The notes beneath the pieces were generated by a model. That model worked only from the letters and a program-made list of their open reading frames with translations, was not told the origin of the DNA and searched no databases. A program made the position numbers and the translations under genes. This document shows, in pieces, positions 29,594 to 39,115 of a stretch of 64,000 bases of DNA. How positions within the stretch are numbered: position 1 is the first letter of the stretch; every line of letters begins with the position of its first letter. Origin of the DNA: a virus (Duplodnaviria > Caudoviricetes); the IMG/VR virus record IMGVR_UViG_3300029288_000119, positions 1 through 64,000 of that record; one strand, 5' to 3'.

Positions 29594-31012
29594 ATGAAGT
29601 CAAAGGAATGGTTTTCTGTTGATAAAGACGGACTCGCTAAGATCCTGTCGCGGAAAGGCATCGAATTCGCTCTGTTTGAATTAATTCAAAATGCTTGGGA
29701 TCAGGATGTTACCAAAGTTTCCGTTTCCCTTCGTCCCGAAAAAAATGGCAAGGTAATCATTACTGTTGCCGATGATGATCCCGCTGGTTTTTGCGATCTA
29801 ACACATGCTTATACTTTGTTTGCGGAATCGGTTAAAAAGTCCGACCCTCTGAAAAGAGGAAAATTCAACCTCGGAGAAAAGTTGGTTTTTGCTCTTGCAG
29901 AATCAGCTACTGTTATGACCACGACTGGTTCTGTTGAATTCAACAAAAATGGTAGATACAATTCTTCTGTAAAAACCGATACTGGATCAATTATTACCGT
30001 CCTACTGAAGATGTCTATCGAGGAAATTGATCGAATTAATTCCAAAATTAATACGCTTATTCCTCCTGTGATTACATACTTCAATGAGACAGAAGTTCCA
30101 AAGCGGGTTCCTGTTGCCACATTTGATGCTGTACTTGATACTGAAATCTCCAATAAAGATGGTTACTTGAAAAAGAGTCCAAGGAAAACAACTATCAATG
30201 TTTATGAACCCAAAAATGGTGAAACTGGAACTTTATATGAAATGGGAATCCCGGTTGTAGAAACCAGGGATAAGTGGCATTACGATATTCAGCAGAAAAT
30301 TCCGTTAAATCTTGATAGGGATAATGTACCACCTCAATATCTTCGAACTCTCCGAACTTTGGCATTTAATGCATTGTTTGATAAAACCACCAAGGAAGAT
30401 GCAAACAATTCATGGGTTCGCGATGCTCTGTCGGATTCTAGGTGTTCTGATGATGCTGTAAAGGCTGCAATCAAAAACCGATTTGGTGAAAAGGTCGTTA
30501 TTTATGACAGCAGTGACCCGGAAGCAAATAAGATTGCAGTAAGTAGAGGATATACAATTATTCATGGTGGCCATTTAAGTGCAAATGAATGGGAGAATGT
30601 TCATCGATCTAATGCTGTTCTACCAGCAGGCAAAGTAACCCCAAGTCCAAAGCCCTATAGTGAGAATGGAGATCCCCTTACCATTATTCCACGCGAAAAG
30701 TGGACCCAACCAATGTGTCAGGTCGAATCTTTTGCCATTGATATGGCACGATATCTATTTGGCCATTCAATTGTAGTGTTATGGGTAAACGAATTCTCGT
30801 GGAATTTTGCCGCAACATATGGTAATGATGAACTGACACTTAATAAGTGCAAAATTCCACAATCATTCTATAAGGATGAAATTACGACAGATATGCTAAG
30901 CTTGTTAATTCACGAATTTGGACATGAACATTCGTCAGACCACTTATCGTCACAATACCACAAAGCACTATGTAATATTGGTGCAAAAATGTTCATGTGG
31001 AAACGCAATTAA
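29594..31012 (+). CDS. GHKL (Hsp90/MORC-like) ATPase fused to a C-terminal zincin
   Basis: ELIQNAWD, DDDPAGF, RGKFNLGEK, GSII; LIHEFGH...H at the C-terminus. Confidence 0.8.
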   Translation: MKSKEWFSVDKDGLAKILSRKGIEFALFELIQNAWDQDVTKVSVSLRPEKNGKVIITVADDDPAGFCDLTHAYTLFAESVKKSDPLKRGKFNLGEKLVFALAESATVMTTTGSVEFNKNGRYNSSVKTDTGSIITVLLKMSIEEIDRINSKINTLIPPVITYFNETEVPKRVPVATFDAVLDTEISNKDGYLKKSPRKTTINVYEPKNGETGTLYEMGIPVVETRDKWHYDIQQKIPLNLDRDNVPPQYLRTLRTLAFNALFDKTTKEDANNSWVRDALSDSRCSDDAVKAAIKNRFGEKVVIYDSSDPEANKIAVSRGYTIIHGGHLSANEWENVHRSNAVLPAGKVTPSPKPYSENGDPLTIIPREKWTQPMCQVESFAIDMARYLFGHSIVVLWVNEFSWNFAATYGNDELTLNKCKIPQSFYKDEITTDMLSLLIHEFGHEHSSDHLSSQYHKALCNIGAKMFMWKRN

Positions 31013-31338
31013 GTTACAATTCCTGATATTTTCTTTAATTTCTCAACCATTATTGGATCAATGTTTGTAGTAATTGGAGATTTTTCGCGCATATTCATAT
31101 CATAAATTTGTTTTTCTTCATCAGTTGGTGGTCTAATTGGGATCATGCTCATATTCTCAATTTTTATATTCGGAACTTCATTCATAATTGGTACAAACAT
31201 CATACCACCATCTTGTCCTCTAGCTGGAAGGGGAATGACTTCAAATGCATCTTTAATACAATTATTGTGTTCTGTACTTTCTCTTACTCCAATAATTTTC
31301 TGACCAAATAAATAAAATATCTCAATTTTTTCTGACAT
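31009..31338 (-). CDS. Hypothetical protein
   Basis: AAGGA SD. Confidence 0.55.
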   Translation of the reverse strand: MSEKIEIFYLFGQKIIGVRESTEHNNCIKDAFEVIPLPARGQDGGMMFVPIMNEVPNIKIENMSMIPIRPPTDEEKQIYDMNMREKSPITTNIDPIMVEKLKKISGIVT

Positions 31339-31354
31339 TTTTTAGTCCTTTCTT

Positions 31355-31528
31355 TTATTCATATGCATTAATACCAATTTTTATTTGTGGATATCCATCC
31401 ACCGCTACGTTTCCTTCTGTCGAAGCCACAATTTTTGTTTTACCAGATTTAGATTTGCCAAATCTTTTAGTCAAATCAATTTCAATTACTAGAATATGAT
31501 CTTTACGTTTCATTGTTATGTTTTTCAT
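31355..31528 (-). CDS. Small hypothetical protein
   Basis: SKSGKTKIVASTEGN block; TAATG coupling. Confidence 0.65.
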   Translation of the reverse strand: MKNITMKRKDHILVIEIDLTKRFGKSKSGKTKIVASTEGNVAVDGYPQIKIGINAYE

Positions 31529-32787
31529 TAGATTATGTGTGTTCTCCAGGGTTTCCAATGATCATATGGTGGCTTCCCATAGCTTTGAATAACTTCTTGA
31601 ATTTTCTCATCCCAGGTCGAAATCATTTTATCAAAATTAAAATGTTGTACTGTCCATTCGCGGGCAATTTGACCACGCCGTCTACATTCTTCACGACCCA
31701 ATTTATAAAAATATTCAAGAGATTCAACAACCTGTTCATGTGATACTCTATCTTCAGCAATTGTGTGAATTTGTTGTGATCCTACATATGTTATTACTGC
31801 TGGTTCTAATGAAATTCCCCAACGATCCTCTTCTTTCATTTCCGGATCAATTTGATCTTGAAGACCACCAGTTTTATTATTGATAGTGCAACATCCGGCA
31901 TTTCTTGCTTCTAATGCGCTTAGTCCAAAGCCCTCTGCATAGGCGATGTTTAGTGTTACATCAGCTATATTATATAAAATATTCAACTTTTCTGGCGGTA
32001 TTTTATCAGTAGAAAACATAACACAATCCTGAGCATTAAATTCATTCATAACTTCTACGAGATTTGGTCCCTCCTGATCACCAGGATTACAATGCATAAT
32101 GAGTTTTATTTTTCCAGGATATTTATCGGCCAGCATTTTTGTTGCATAAATAACATCTGATGGATTTTTTCTTCTTGCATTTCTATTGTTCCAAAATATA
32201 ACAAATCTGTCAACATTATCTTTCCCGAGAAGCATCTCTTTGTGTTTTATAATTTCCGCTTCCGACAATGGTTTAAACAGATCGTGTGGAACGGCATGTG
32301 GAATATATGCGGATCTAGTTTCATGTCCAAGTTTGGTAACACAATTGTGGGTCAATTTCGAAATGCAACCAAGGAACGTTGTCGATCTATAAAAATCATT
32401 ATTAAATTTTGGTGGCGGATAATTGTCCCATATGTGATTATAAATTATCGGACATTGATTGAGAATTTCATCGGACATTTCATATAGCCAAACCCAAAAG
32501 CGAGGATCTGTAAAAATAAAAAGTGCATCTGGTTTTTCGCTATCAATTAACATTCTAAGAAACATCTTGTCGCCGAAACCATCTTTGGGAAATATTACAC
32601 AATCATCACCCCATGGGTCTACTTTTATGGGGGTATAGTTAGGATGCTTTACTGCCCCTCCGACCATGCGAAGGGTATATCGTCCGGTGCGTAGTAGCCC
32701 TTCAGCGATATAGCGCATTTGTGTACCGACTCCTGACGGCACAAGCATAATATCACTTAAACACACCAACTTAGTTTTTTGTGTCAT
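31528..32787 (-). CDS. GT4-like (GT-B) glycosyltransferase
   Basis: SGVGTQ, RNARRK, AEGFGLSALEA, TGGLQDQ. Confidence 0.9.
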   Translation of the reverse strand: MTQKTKLVCLSDIMLVPSGVGTQMRYIAEGLLRTGRYTLRMVGGAVKHPNYTPIKVDPWGDDCVIFPKDGFGDKMFLRMLIDSEKPDALFIFTDPRFWVWLYEMSDEILNQCPIIYNHIWDNYPPPKFNNDFYRSTTFLGCISKLTHNCVTKLGHETRSAYIPHAVPHDLFKPLSEAEIIKHKEMLLGKDNVDRFVIFWNNRNARRKNPSDVIYATKMLADKYPGKIKLIMHCNPGDQEGPNLVEVMNEFNAQDCVMFSTDKIPPEKLNILYNIADVTLNIAYAEGFGLSALEARNAGCCTINNKTGGLQDQIDPEMKEEDRWGISLEPAVITYVGSQQIHTIAEDRVSHEQVVESLEYFYKLGREECRRRGQIAREWTVQHFNFDKMISTWDEKIQEVIQSYGKPPYDHWKPWRTHII

Positions 32788-32856
32788 TCTGACTCCTTAT
32801 CATTTTATAACACGAAGCGAAGTAGTTTTCGTCTAGTTGATACTTTCTGGCCAAAA

Positions 32857-33627
32857 TTATTCTTTCGTTTCCATTTCATCCGTTTCATTTAGTACGTTGT
32901 CGATCTCTTTTGTAACATCATCTATGGCTGGTTGTGCTATTTCTGTTTCCGTAACAATGGGTAGTGTTAATTGTTTCTCCGACCTTTTAATGTGGTATTT
33001 AATCGTTGGAATAGATACACCAAATTTCTTGGCAATAGATTTATACGATTCTCCCCCCTCCCTGGATTTTATAATTTCGGTTATCTGCTCTTTTGTTAAT
33101 TTTCCATTTTGAGTTGCCATTTTTTCTATTATCTCCTTTTCATCACACATTGTAATATCCTCATTCAAAATTGTTATTTCATTATTTATATAACTTTTTA
33201 TTATTTTTGCTACCAACATTTTTAAATCTTTGGAATCTAGCTGTTCACCTACAGTTTTCTGTAAATCAATAAGTGATTGTTGAAATTCCGAATCGACATA
33301 CAATTCATCAATAGATAATTGTTCTTTCTGTTTAAAAGATGGTGGGGGAGGTTTATAATCATGTATATACTTACCTATTGTTTGTGGACATGAATTATAT
33401 TCTTTGGACAATTCCCTAATACCGGCTCCATTCCTAAATTTTTCACTAATTTCTCGTATCTGCTGTTCATCAAACCTAGGGGGAAGATCAGTATTTTCTC
33501 CAGCCGCAAACAATTTTGCCACAATCGCAGATTTATTTACATTATATAAATCAACCAATTCAGGAATACCCGTTCCTTTCCTGAACCTTTCAATTAGTTC
33601 ATCCCACTGTTGTTCTGTCAGCGCCAC
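32857..33627 (-). CDS. Multi-HTH DNA-binding protein
   Basis: Three GxxxxxLxxxYxV-type HTH units; TATAAT-N6-GTG start. Confidence 0.65.
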   Translation of the reverse strand: MALTEQQWDELIERFRKGTGIPELVDLYNVNKSAIVAKLFAAGENTDLPPRFDEQQIREISEKFRNGAGIRELSKEYNSCPQTIGKYIHDYKPPPPSFKQKEQLSIDELYVDSEFQQSLIDLQKTVGEQLDSKDLKMLVAKIIKSYINNEITILNEDITMCDEKEIIEKMATQNGKLTKEQITEIIKSREGGESYKSIAKKFGVSIPTIKYHIKRSEKQLTLPIVTETEIAQPAIDDVTKEIDNVLNETDEMETKE

Positions 33628-33663
33628 CTAAGAATTATATATGAACATTCAAAAATTGTAATT

Positions 33664-33936
33664 TTACCACAACATAGAAACGATTTTTTCGCCAAGTTTT
33701 TTATCAAGATATTCAACAATCGTATTTATGTCTTCTTCCGACATATCATGCATCTTAACAGACAAATCCGTCATTATTTGTTCAATTTTACCAATTATTT
33801 GTTCAGCAATTTCTTCCGGTTCGAGCATAGACACAGTTTCCTCATATTCATTTAATTGTTTTTTCTCAGTCATTGACTTTTTATTTTCTAACAATTTTTT
33901 AACTTCACTAAGTTTCGTTCTATAAATTTTCGTCAT
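33664..33936 (-). CDS. Small acidic probable head protein with KIYRTKLSE leader
   Basis: Leader shared with 38269 and 40758. Confidence 0.6.
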   Translation of the reverse strand: MTKIYRTKLSEVKKLLENKKSMTEKKQLNEYEETVSMLEPEEIAEQIIGKIEQIMTDLSVKMHDMSEEDINTIVEYLDKKLGEKIVSMLW

Positions 33937-33998
33937 TATCTTACCTTTCTATACATTTTATTACATCCCTGTTATAATTATAATCTATATGGTAAATT

Positions 33999-34409
33999 AT
34001 GCCTAAATTTTTATTTGGAAAACCTACTTCTATTGAGCGTAAAGTTACCAAGTTAGTTAGAAAATTGTCCAAGGAATATAATTTTGCATATAGATTAAAT
34101 CATAGTATTAAAGGTGGTTATAACGTAGATATATTTATACCATCATTTAATTTTGTCATAGAATTACAGGGTGGATACTATCACGCCGATCCAAGAATCT
34201 ATGAGGGCAAGAAACTAAATGAAATGCAATTACATAATGTATCTCGTGATAAAAGAAAAAGAATATTTTTAGACCAATTATACAATTATATTATTTGGTG
34301 GGAAACCGAAATAAATCAAAAAAATTTCGGCAAAGAATTTAACAAAATAATGAGAGAAGCACTGAAAGAAATTTCATTGGGGAATAAATATCAGAAGGAA
34401 TTTATTTAG
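33999..34409 (+). CDS. Vsr/DUF559-like endonuclease
   Basis: TSIE, YNVDIF, VIELQGGYYH, RD..K, WWE. Confidence 0.8.
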   Translation: MPKFLFGKPTSIERKVTKLVRKLSKEYNFAYRLNHSIKGGYNVDIFIPSFNFVIELQGGYYHADPRIYEGKKLNEMQLHNVSRDKRKRIFLDQLYNYIIWWETEINQKNFGKEFNKIMREALKEISLGNKYQKEFI

Positions 34410-35536
34410 GGTGCCCAATTCCATGCTGCCTCATCACCCTTTACATATTTCTCATAAAACTCTTTGCGTTTGCGTTCATATTCCTTCGTACCACGACGAG
34501 TTTTTCCACCAAACCATTTTACATAATTGTCAATAACGATTTCTGCTGCTTTACCGCGTGGAATTTGTCCTTTTGCCAATTGATCGGTTAGTTGTTGTAA
34601 AAATCCAGCAAATCCACCACGTTCATCATCATAAAAATTTTGTGATTGCTCCCACTCTTTTGTGGATTGTACCCTTTCTCTCATAAATTCAATGAGTGGT
34701 GCAAAACGAGCAATTCGTGCTTCTTCACTAGATTTTTCTTTATTCATTTCATCGGACAAGTTGTTTTTAATGAATTCACGTGCCGCTCGTTGCAACATTT
34801 CTCCCTGTTTGTCTTCCCGATTTGTCCATCCGCCGCCGGGTTTATACCCCCTGTCACTATTATCAAGATTTGCAAGCCACTTAATATATCCAATATTTGC
34901 TTTGGCAATGTTCGAAAGCTTCTGTCCTTTATATTTGCCGAATGGGACAACCGCATCACCAATTAATGATTCTTCTTGTGCCTTAATTTCGGAAGCCATT
35001 AATGTTTTAAGATATTCAACAAATTTCTTTACTTCATAACTTCCAGAAGTAATATGTGTTGCAAGATAGACTAAATAGGAAGGGTCGTTTTCTTTTACCC
35101 ATCCAATTGTTTTCCCTGCATGTTTTTTACCAACGAGCATTGGAGTATTTTCATCGAAAACAATATGTCTACCACCAGTATTGGGATCCAGATCAACATT
35201 ATAATCTGGAATATAAATTTTTGTTATCTCTAATTTTTGCAACATACCTGGAAGTTTTCTTAACACTTCTTCCCATGATTTGGCAATGTTTGCAATCCAT
35301 GCCGATCTTCTATTATACCCCACAGACCTTTGTCCCAATGCGTTTGGTTCTCCCTCTTGGTATGCTTCCATCCAATCTGATCTCAGCGTATATAATTTTT
35401 TTCCAGCACCATAGGAAATCCAAGTTCCACCTTTTTCATCGAATTCTTTTTCCGGAATAAGAGAAATACCAGCATCAGCAAGTCGTTTTCCCAATTCTTC
35501 ACTTGCCTCATTTAAGATATTAGAGAATTTAATCAT
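34406..35536 (-). CDS. Leader-bearing protein with two DUF3820/ExoX-C-like repeats
   Basis: MIKFSNILNE; MLVGKKHAGKTI..V...PSYLVYL and VPFGKYKGQKLSNI...GYIKWL. Confidence 0.65.
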   Translation of the reverse strand: MIKFSNILNEASEELGKRLADAGISLIPEKEFDEKGGTWISYGAGKKLYTLRSDWMEAYQEGEPNALGQRSVGYNRRSAWIANIAKSWEEVLRKLPGMLQKLEITKIYIPDYNVDLDPNTGGRHIVFDENTPMLVGKKHAGKTIGWVKENDPSYLVYLATHITSGSYEVKKFVEYLKTLMASEIKAQEESLIGDAVVPFGKYKGQKLSNIAKANIGYIKWLANLDNSDRGYKPGGGWTNREDKQGEMLQRAAREFIKNNLSDEMNKEKSSEEARIARFAPLIEFMRERVQSTKEWEQSQNFYDDERGGFAGFLQQLTDQLAKGQIPRGKAAEIVIDNYVKWFGGKTRRGTKEYERKRKEFYEKYVKGDEAAWNWAP

Positions 35537-35925
35537 ATTTTCCTCTTTGTTATAAATTCATCAACTTCCTGTTTCCAATCTCTTAGGGAATTGAAATTAC
35601 TTAACCGAAATCCCAATCGGCCCAATGATTCACCGCCCAACCAGCCCACAAATCTCGATTGAAACCTGCCGGAATCAAAACCAACTGTGAAACCTTTATA
35701 ATAATATGTTGGTGAGTCATAATGTCTATTTGTGCCACCAATTCTGAGAATATCATTCATATAGCTATATTTTTCACCATCTAATGAAATTTCATCAATA
35801 ACTTGCTGTCTGTGCTCTTTACTTACATGTTTATTTATCGCATCAAGAATTTTCTGTGGAATTGGAATTCTTTCATCTTCATCAGCAGCTTCTACGTTTT
35901 CAATTATTTCTTTTAGTTTAATCAT
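35533..35925 (-). CDS. Leader-bearing hypothetical protein
   Basis: MIKLKEIIE. Confidence 0.6.
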   Translation of the reverse strand: MIKLKEIIENVEAADEDERIPIPQKILDAINKHVSKEHRQQVIDEISLDGEKYSYMNDILRIGGTNRHYDSPTYYYKGFTVGFDSGRFQSRFVGWLGGESLGRLGFRLSNFNSLRDWKQEVDEFITKRKI

Positions 35926-37097
35926 TCATTTTCTTTCGCCCATACTTCATTCATCGTTTTTTCTGATACGAATTTCATGAATTTTTCATTTTTAAAGGTT
36001 ACATTATGAAAAGTAATTGGAAATTGATTAAAAGCCAAACCACGAGGAGACACATTGATTGTGATGTCGTTTCTTGTTGTAAAACCAGTATTGTCAGAAA
36101 ATTTAAATTTCATAATACCACTAAAACTAACTCCAAATGATCCATTAACAGTTTTATCTGTTACTGTAATTCCATTTTTTGTCTTTTCGCCAATAACGGC
36201 AGTTAATTTTTTCATGTTGTTAATTACAAATGCATTGGCTGCATCATCTGCTTGTTGTGTTGCAAATTTTTCAATTTTTTCATTCGCATCGCTACGATAT
36301 TTGATTTTAACAAGCCGTCCATTTTTATGCCACTTATAATCCCATGGATCACGTTCTTCATTAAATTCAAGTAATGAATCAATAAGACTTGACAACGGAG
36401 AGTGTTTAAAAAATGTTCCTGGTGATGCTGTTTCAATTGTTCGTTCATTCATAAATCGATTGGTCATCTTCGTGACCATATTAATATAACTTGTTTTTAA
36501 TTCTTCTTTATGTTTCTGAATCAAATTGTCGAGTAACAACCTAATTTCGCCGAGAACATTCATAGATTGGCGTGGAGGTTGATAAATTGGTTTTGGTGGT
36601 TTTGTAGGATCTAGTCTTCTTCCCTTAGTAATAAATGGTTTTACATCGTCAAAGAGATCTTTAATAACCTTCCACGATTTATAAAGTTCAAGATACTTTT
36701 CAATTATCTTGTTGCCCTTACCATCGCCTTTATTGATACCAAGGTATAATTCCGCTATATGGATTAATTTATTGATCGATTGAAAAGTCTGAAACGTGCC
36801 ACCAAATAACTCACGTTGAGCACGATGTATTGAATCTTCTGGAACTCCCACATATTTGGCAGTGGATTTAGTAAAATCATCGCCGGGTAATCGTTCGCCA
36901 CGATGATAAGATACAGAACCGATTTCATCAAAATTTCTGCTAAGGGCAAATTTGGCTTCTTTGAAATCTACATTCCAAATAAATTTCTTTTCTTTAGCAT
37001 TCCATAAAAGATCGACCCATTTTTTGTTTCTCTCTTCAAGAAAAAGGGGGTATTTATTTTCGATTTGTTCTTTAAGAATATTAGAAAATTTGAGCAT
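35922..37097 (-). CDS. Leader-bearing hypothetical protein
   Basis: MLKFSNILKE; ATAATTA-N4-ATG. Confidence 0.7.
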   Translation of the reverse strand: MLKFSNILKEQIENKYPLFLEERNKKWVDLLWNAKEKKFIWNVDFKEAKFALSRNFDEIGSVSYHRGERLPGDDFTKSTAKYVGVPEDSIHRAQRELFGGTFQTFQSINKLIHIAELYLGINKGDGKGNKIIEKYLELYKSWKVIKDLFDDVKPFITKGRRLDPTKPPKPIYQPPRQSMNVLGEIRLLLDNLIQKHKEELKTSYINMVTKMTNRFMNERTIETASPGTFFKHSPLSSLIDSLLEFNEERDPWDYKWHKNGRLVKIKYRSDANEKIEKFATQQADDAANAFVINNMKKLTAVIGEKTKNGITVTDKTVNGSFGVSFSGIMKFKFSDNTGFTTRNDITINVSPRGLAFNQFPITFHNVTFKNEKFMKFVSEKTMNEVWAKENE

Positions 37098-37101
37098 ACT
37101 T

Positions 37102-37166
37102 TAATTATATCATCCGGTGATTCATTCGTCAATATGTTGACAAGAGTATCACAATTGTGGTATTGT
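37102..37166. promoter_or_regulatory. Back-to-back divergent promoters
   Basis: Minus: TTGACG-N17-TATAAT(TA), 6 nt from TATAAT to ATG. Plus: TTGACA (37137)-N18-TATTGT with TG extension. Confidence 0.7.
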
Positions 37167-37188
37167 TTATTTGAAAGGATAGGGGATA

Positions 37189-37560
37189 ATGTCACGACAT
37201 CAAGGTCAAACCAGCGTTGAAATCTCAACAACTGTTAATCTTACCGATGATAAGGGTAATGAAACCGAAACCGATGTGGAAGTAACCGTCAAGGCGTATG
37301 TGTCGCCACCAGTAAGACCGACAATTCGAATGGATCCGGACGATTGTGACTCTGGAGATTCGGGAGACTTCGATGTAATTTCGGTGATTCGGGATGATAC
37401 CGGGGAGGACATTACCGATAGGGTTGACCACGAACAATTCTGGGACATGGCAGTCGAGGATGTTAAAGCACAGGACGAAACGGCCTACGAAGATGCCATG
37501 GAGGCACGGGCGGAAGCCCGACGTGAACGAGAAGAATACTTTGATGATGGGGAGGATTGA
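37189..37560 (+). CDS. Highly acidic hypothetical protein
   Basis: Very D/E rich; SD and promoter upstream; raised GC. Confidence 0.7.
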   Translation: MSRHQGQTSVEISTTVNLTDDKGNETETDVEVTVKAYVSPPVRPTIRMDPDDCDSGDSGDFDVISVIRDDTGEDITDRVDHEQFWDMAVEDVKAQDETAYEDAMEARAEARREREEYFDDGED

Positions 37561-37570
37561 TTAAATACCA

Positions 37571-37810
37571 ATGCCGTCACCAATTTGTGTAAAATGTGGC
37601 AAAGAAATGCGTTGTAAGAAGAACTCATTTATCGTAACCAACAAAATCTATGTTTGGTCGGGTGATAAATACCAATGTCCAAAATGCGGTATCGAAGTAG
37701 TAGTTGGATTTGGCACACCGGCAGATCTAAACAATCCGACATCATGGGCCAAAACTGCTCTTAGTAATGCGAAAGCCAATAATTCCTTCGTAGAAGTTGA
37801 CAATCTGTAG
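37571..37810 (+). CDS. Zinc-ribbon protein
   Basis: CVKC...CPKC; GGAGG SD. Confidence 0.65.
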   Translation: MPSPICVKCGKEMRCKKNSFIVTNKIYVWSGDKYQCPKCGIEVVVGFGTPADLNNPTSWAKTALSNAKANNSFVEVDNL

Positions 37811-37823
37811 CTCACACGAACGA

Positions 37824-38269
37824 CTATTCAGTTTCCTCTGGTTTTTTACCACCTAAATAATAAGCTTTCGGTAAGTCTTCGGGACCCCAATCCATAGTTA
37901 AATATTTACAATAAAAATTACCTATTATCTCACCATCAATCATACGAATGGAATTTGAATTTAACGAGTCATCGACAAATGTGGTATATTCATATTCAGA
38001 ATCTTTTGAATAATCCTCACCACCTAGTTTTGGTGGTGCCTCCTCTTTAGTCATCCCATAATGCTTATAATATTTTTTAAGTTTGAGATCTTCCAAATTT
38101 TTGGCATCTATTTTTACAACGATATATTTTCCCTCTATTCGTGATACTTTAATACGCAAACCAAATTTAACTAAACCTTTGAGTATCTCTTTTTTACAAT
38201 TTTTAATACCATTTATGACTTGATCTTCTGATTTCTTAATTCATTTAGTGTGATTCTATAAATCTTCAT
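37824..38269 (-). pseudogene. Leader-bearing gene split by a -1 frameshift near 38235
   Basis: MKIYRITLNEL in frame 0 stops at 38213; the -1 frame is open from 38240 to 37824. Confidence 0.6.
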
Positions 38270-38294
38270 TTTATTATTCTAATTAATTATACAT

Positions 38295-39098
38295 TTAATT
38301 TTTTTGTAGTACATCACACGGACAATGTTCCGTCATATAAAATTCACACCATTTGCATATTTTAGAATTGTGACTTTTGTAAAATTTATTTTTTTCTATC
38401 AAATTTATATAATGATGTAAATTAAATACCGCTTTTTTAATTGATTCCTGTCCACTAGGAATTCTTTTAACATTTATTGGTAATTTAGTGTCTTTTTTAT
38501 TCAAAAATAAATAATCTGTGGTAATTTTTTGTAGATCAACATTGTGTTTTTTCGCCCAAAAATACTTATATAAAAGTGGTTGTGAAATTACTGAAATGTC
38601 ACGCAATTTTTCAAAATCCCAAGTGGCTTTTGATGTCTTAATGTCCCAGATCCGATATTTCCCATTATAATAAAAAACAAGGTCCAAACGGCCACTGAAT
38701 AGCCAATTTTCATTAATTTGTTCTTTAATTTCTTCCTCGCATACAACTTGTTCAAGCTTACCAAAATCTATCGCTTCGTAAAAACCACTGTTCTCTATAT
38801 TATCAAAAATATTATGCCCATCTTGTCGTAATTCATCAACCCTAGAAAAATCCTGGGCTGTCAATTTGTCTTTATTATCATTTATGTATTTATCAAATCG
38901 ATTTTCGAATATACTCTTTGCATTAGACAATGATTTGTTTAAAAATGATTGCTGAATGGCATCATGTGCGGCATTACCAAATATTGTATGAATTGATTGT
39001 TTAAATTCGGATAATTTAGCTATATAAACGAGATACCACTTAAAGAAGCATTCGCCAAATGTTGTAATTGCCGATGGGCCTATTTTTCTTGTATCCAT
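38295..39098 (-). CDS. PD-(D/E)xK nuclease (Cas4/RecB-like)
   Basis: EC, FGNAAH, GRLD, WDIKTS, QPLLY, CKWC...C; TATAAT-N6-ATG. Confidence 0.88.
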   Translation of the reverse strand: MDTRKIGPSAITTFGECFFKWYLVYIAKLSEFKQSIHTIFGNAAHDAIQQSFLNKSLSNAKSIFENRFDKYINDNKDKLTAQDFSRVDELRQDGHNIFDNIENSGFYEAIDFGKLEQVVCEEEIKEQINENWLFSGRLDLVFYYNGKYRIWDIKTSKATWDFEKLRDISVISQPLLYKYFWAKKHNVDLQKITTDYLFLNKKDTKLPINVKRIPSGQESIKKAVFNLHHYINLIEKNKFYKSHNSKICKWCEFYMTEHCPCDVLQKN

Positions 39099-39115
39099 CG
39101 GGATATTATATCATA

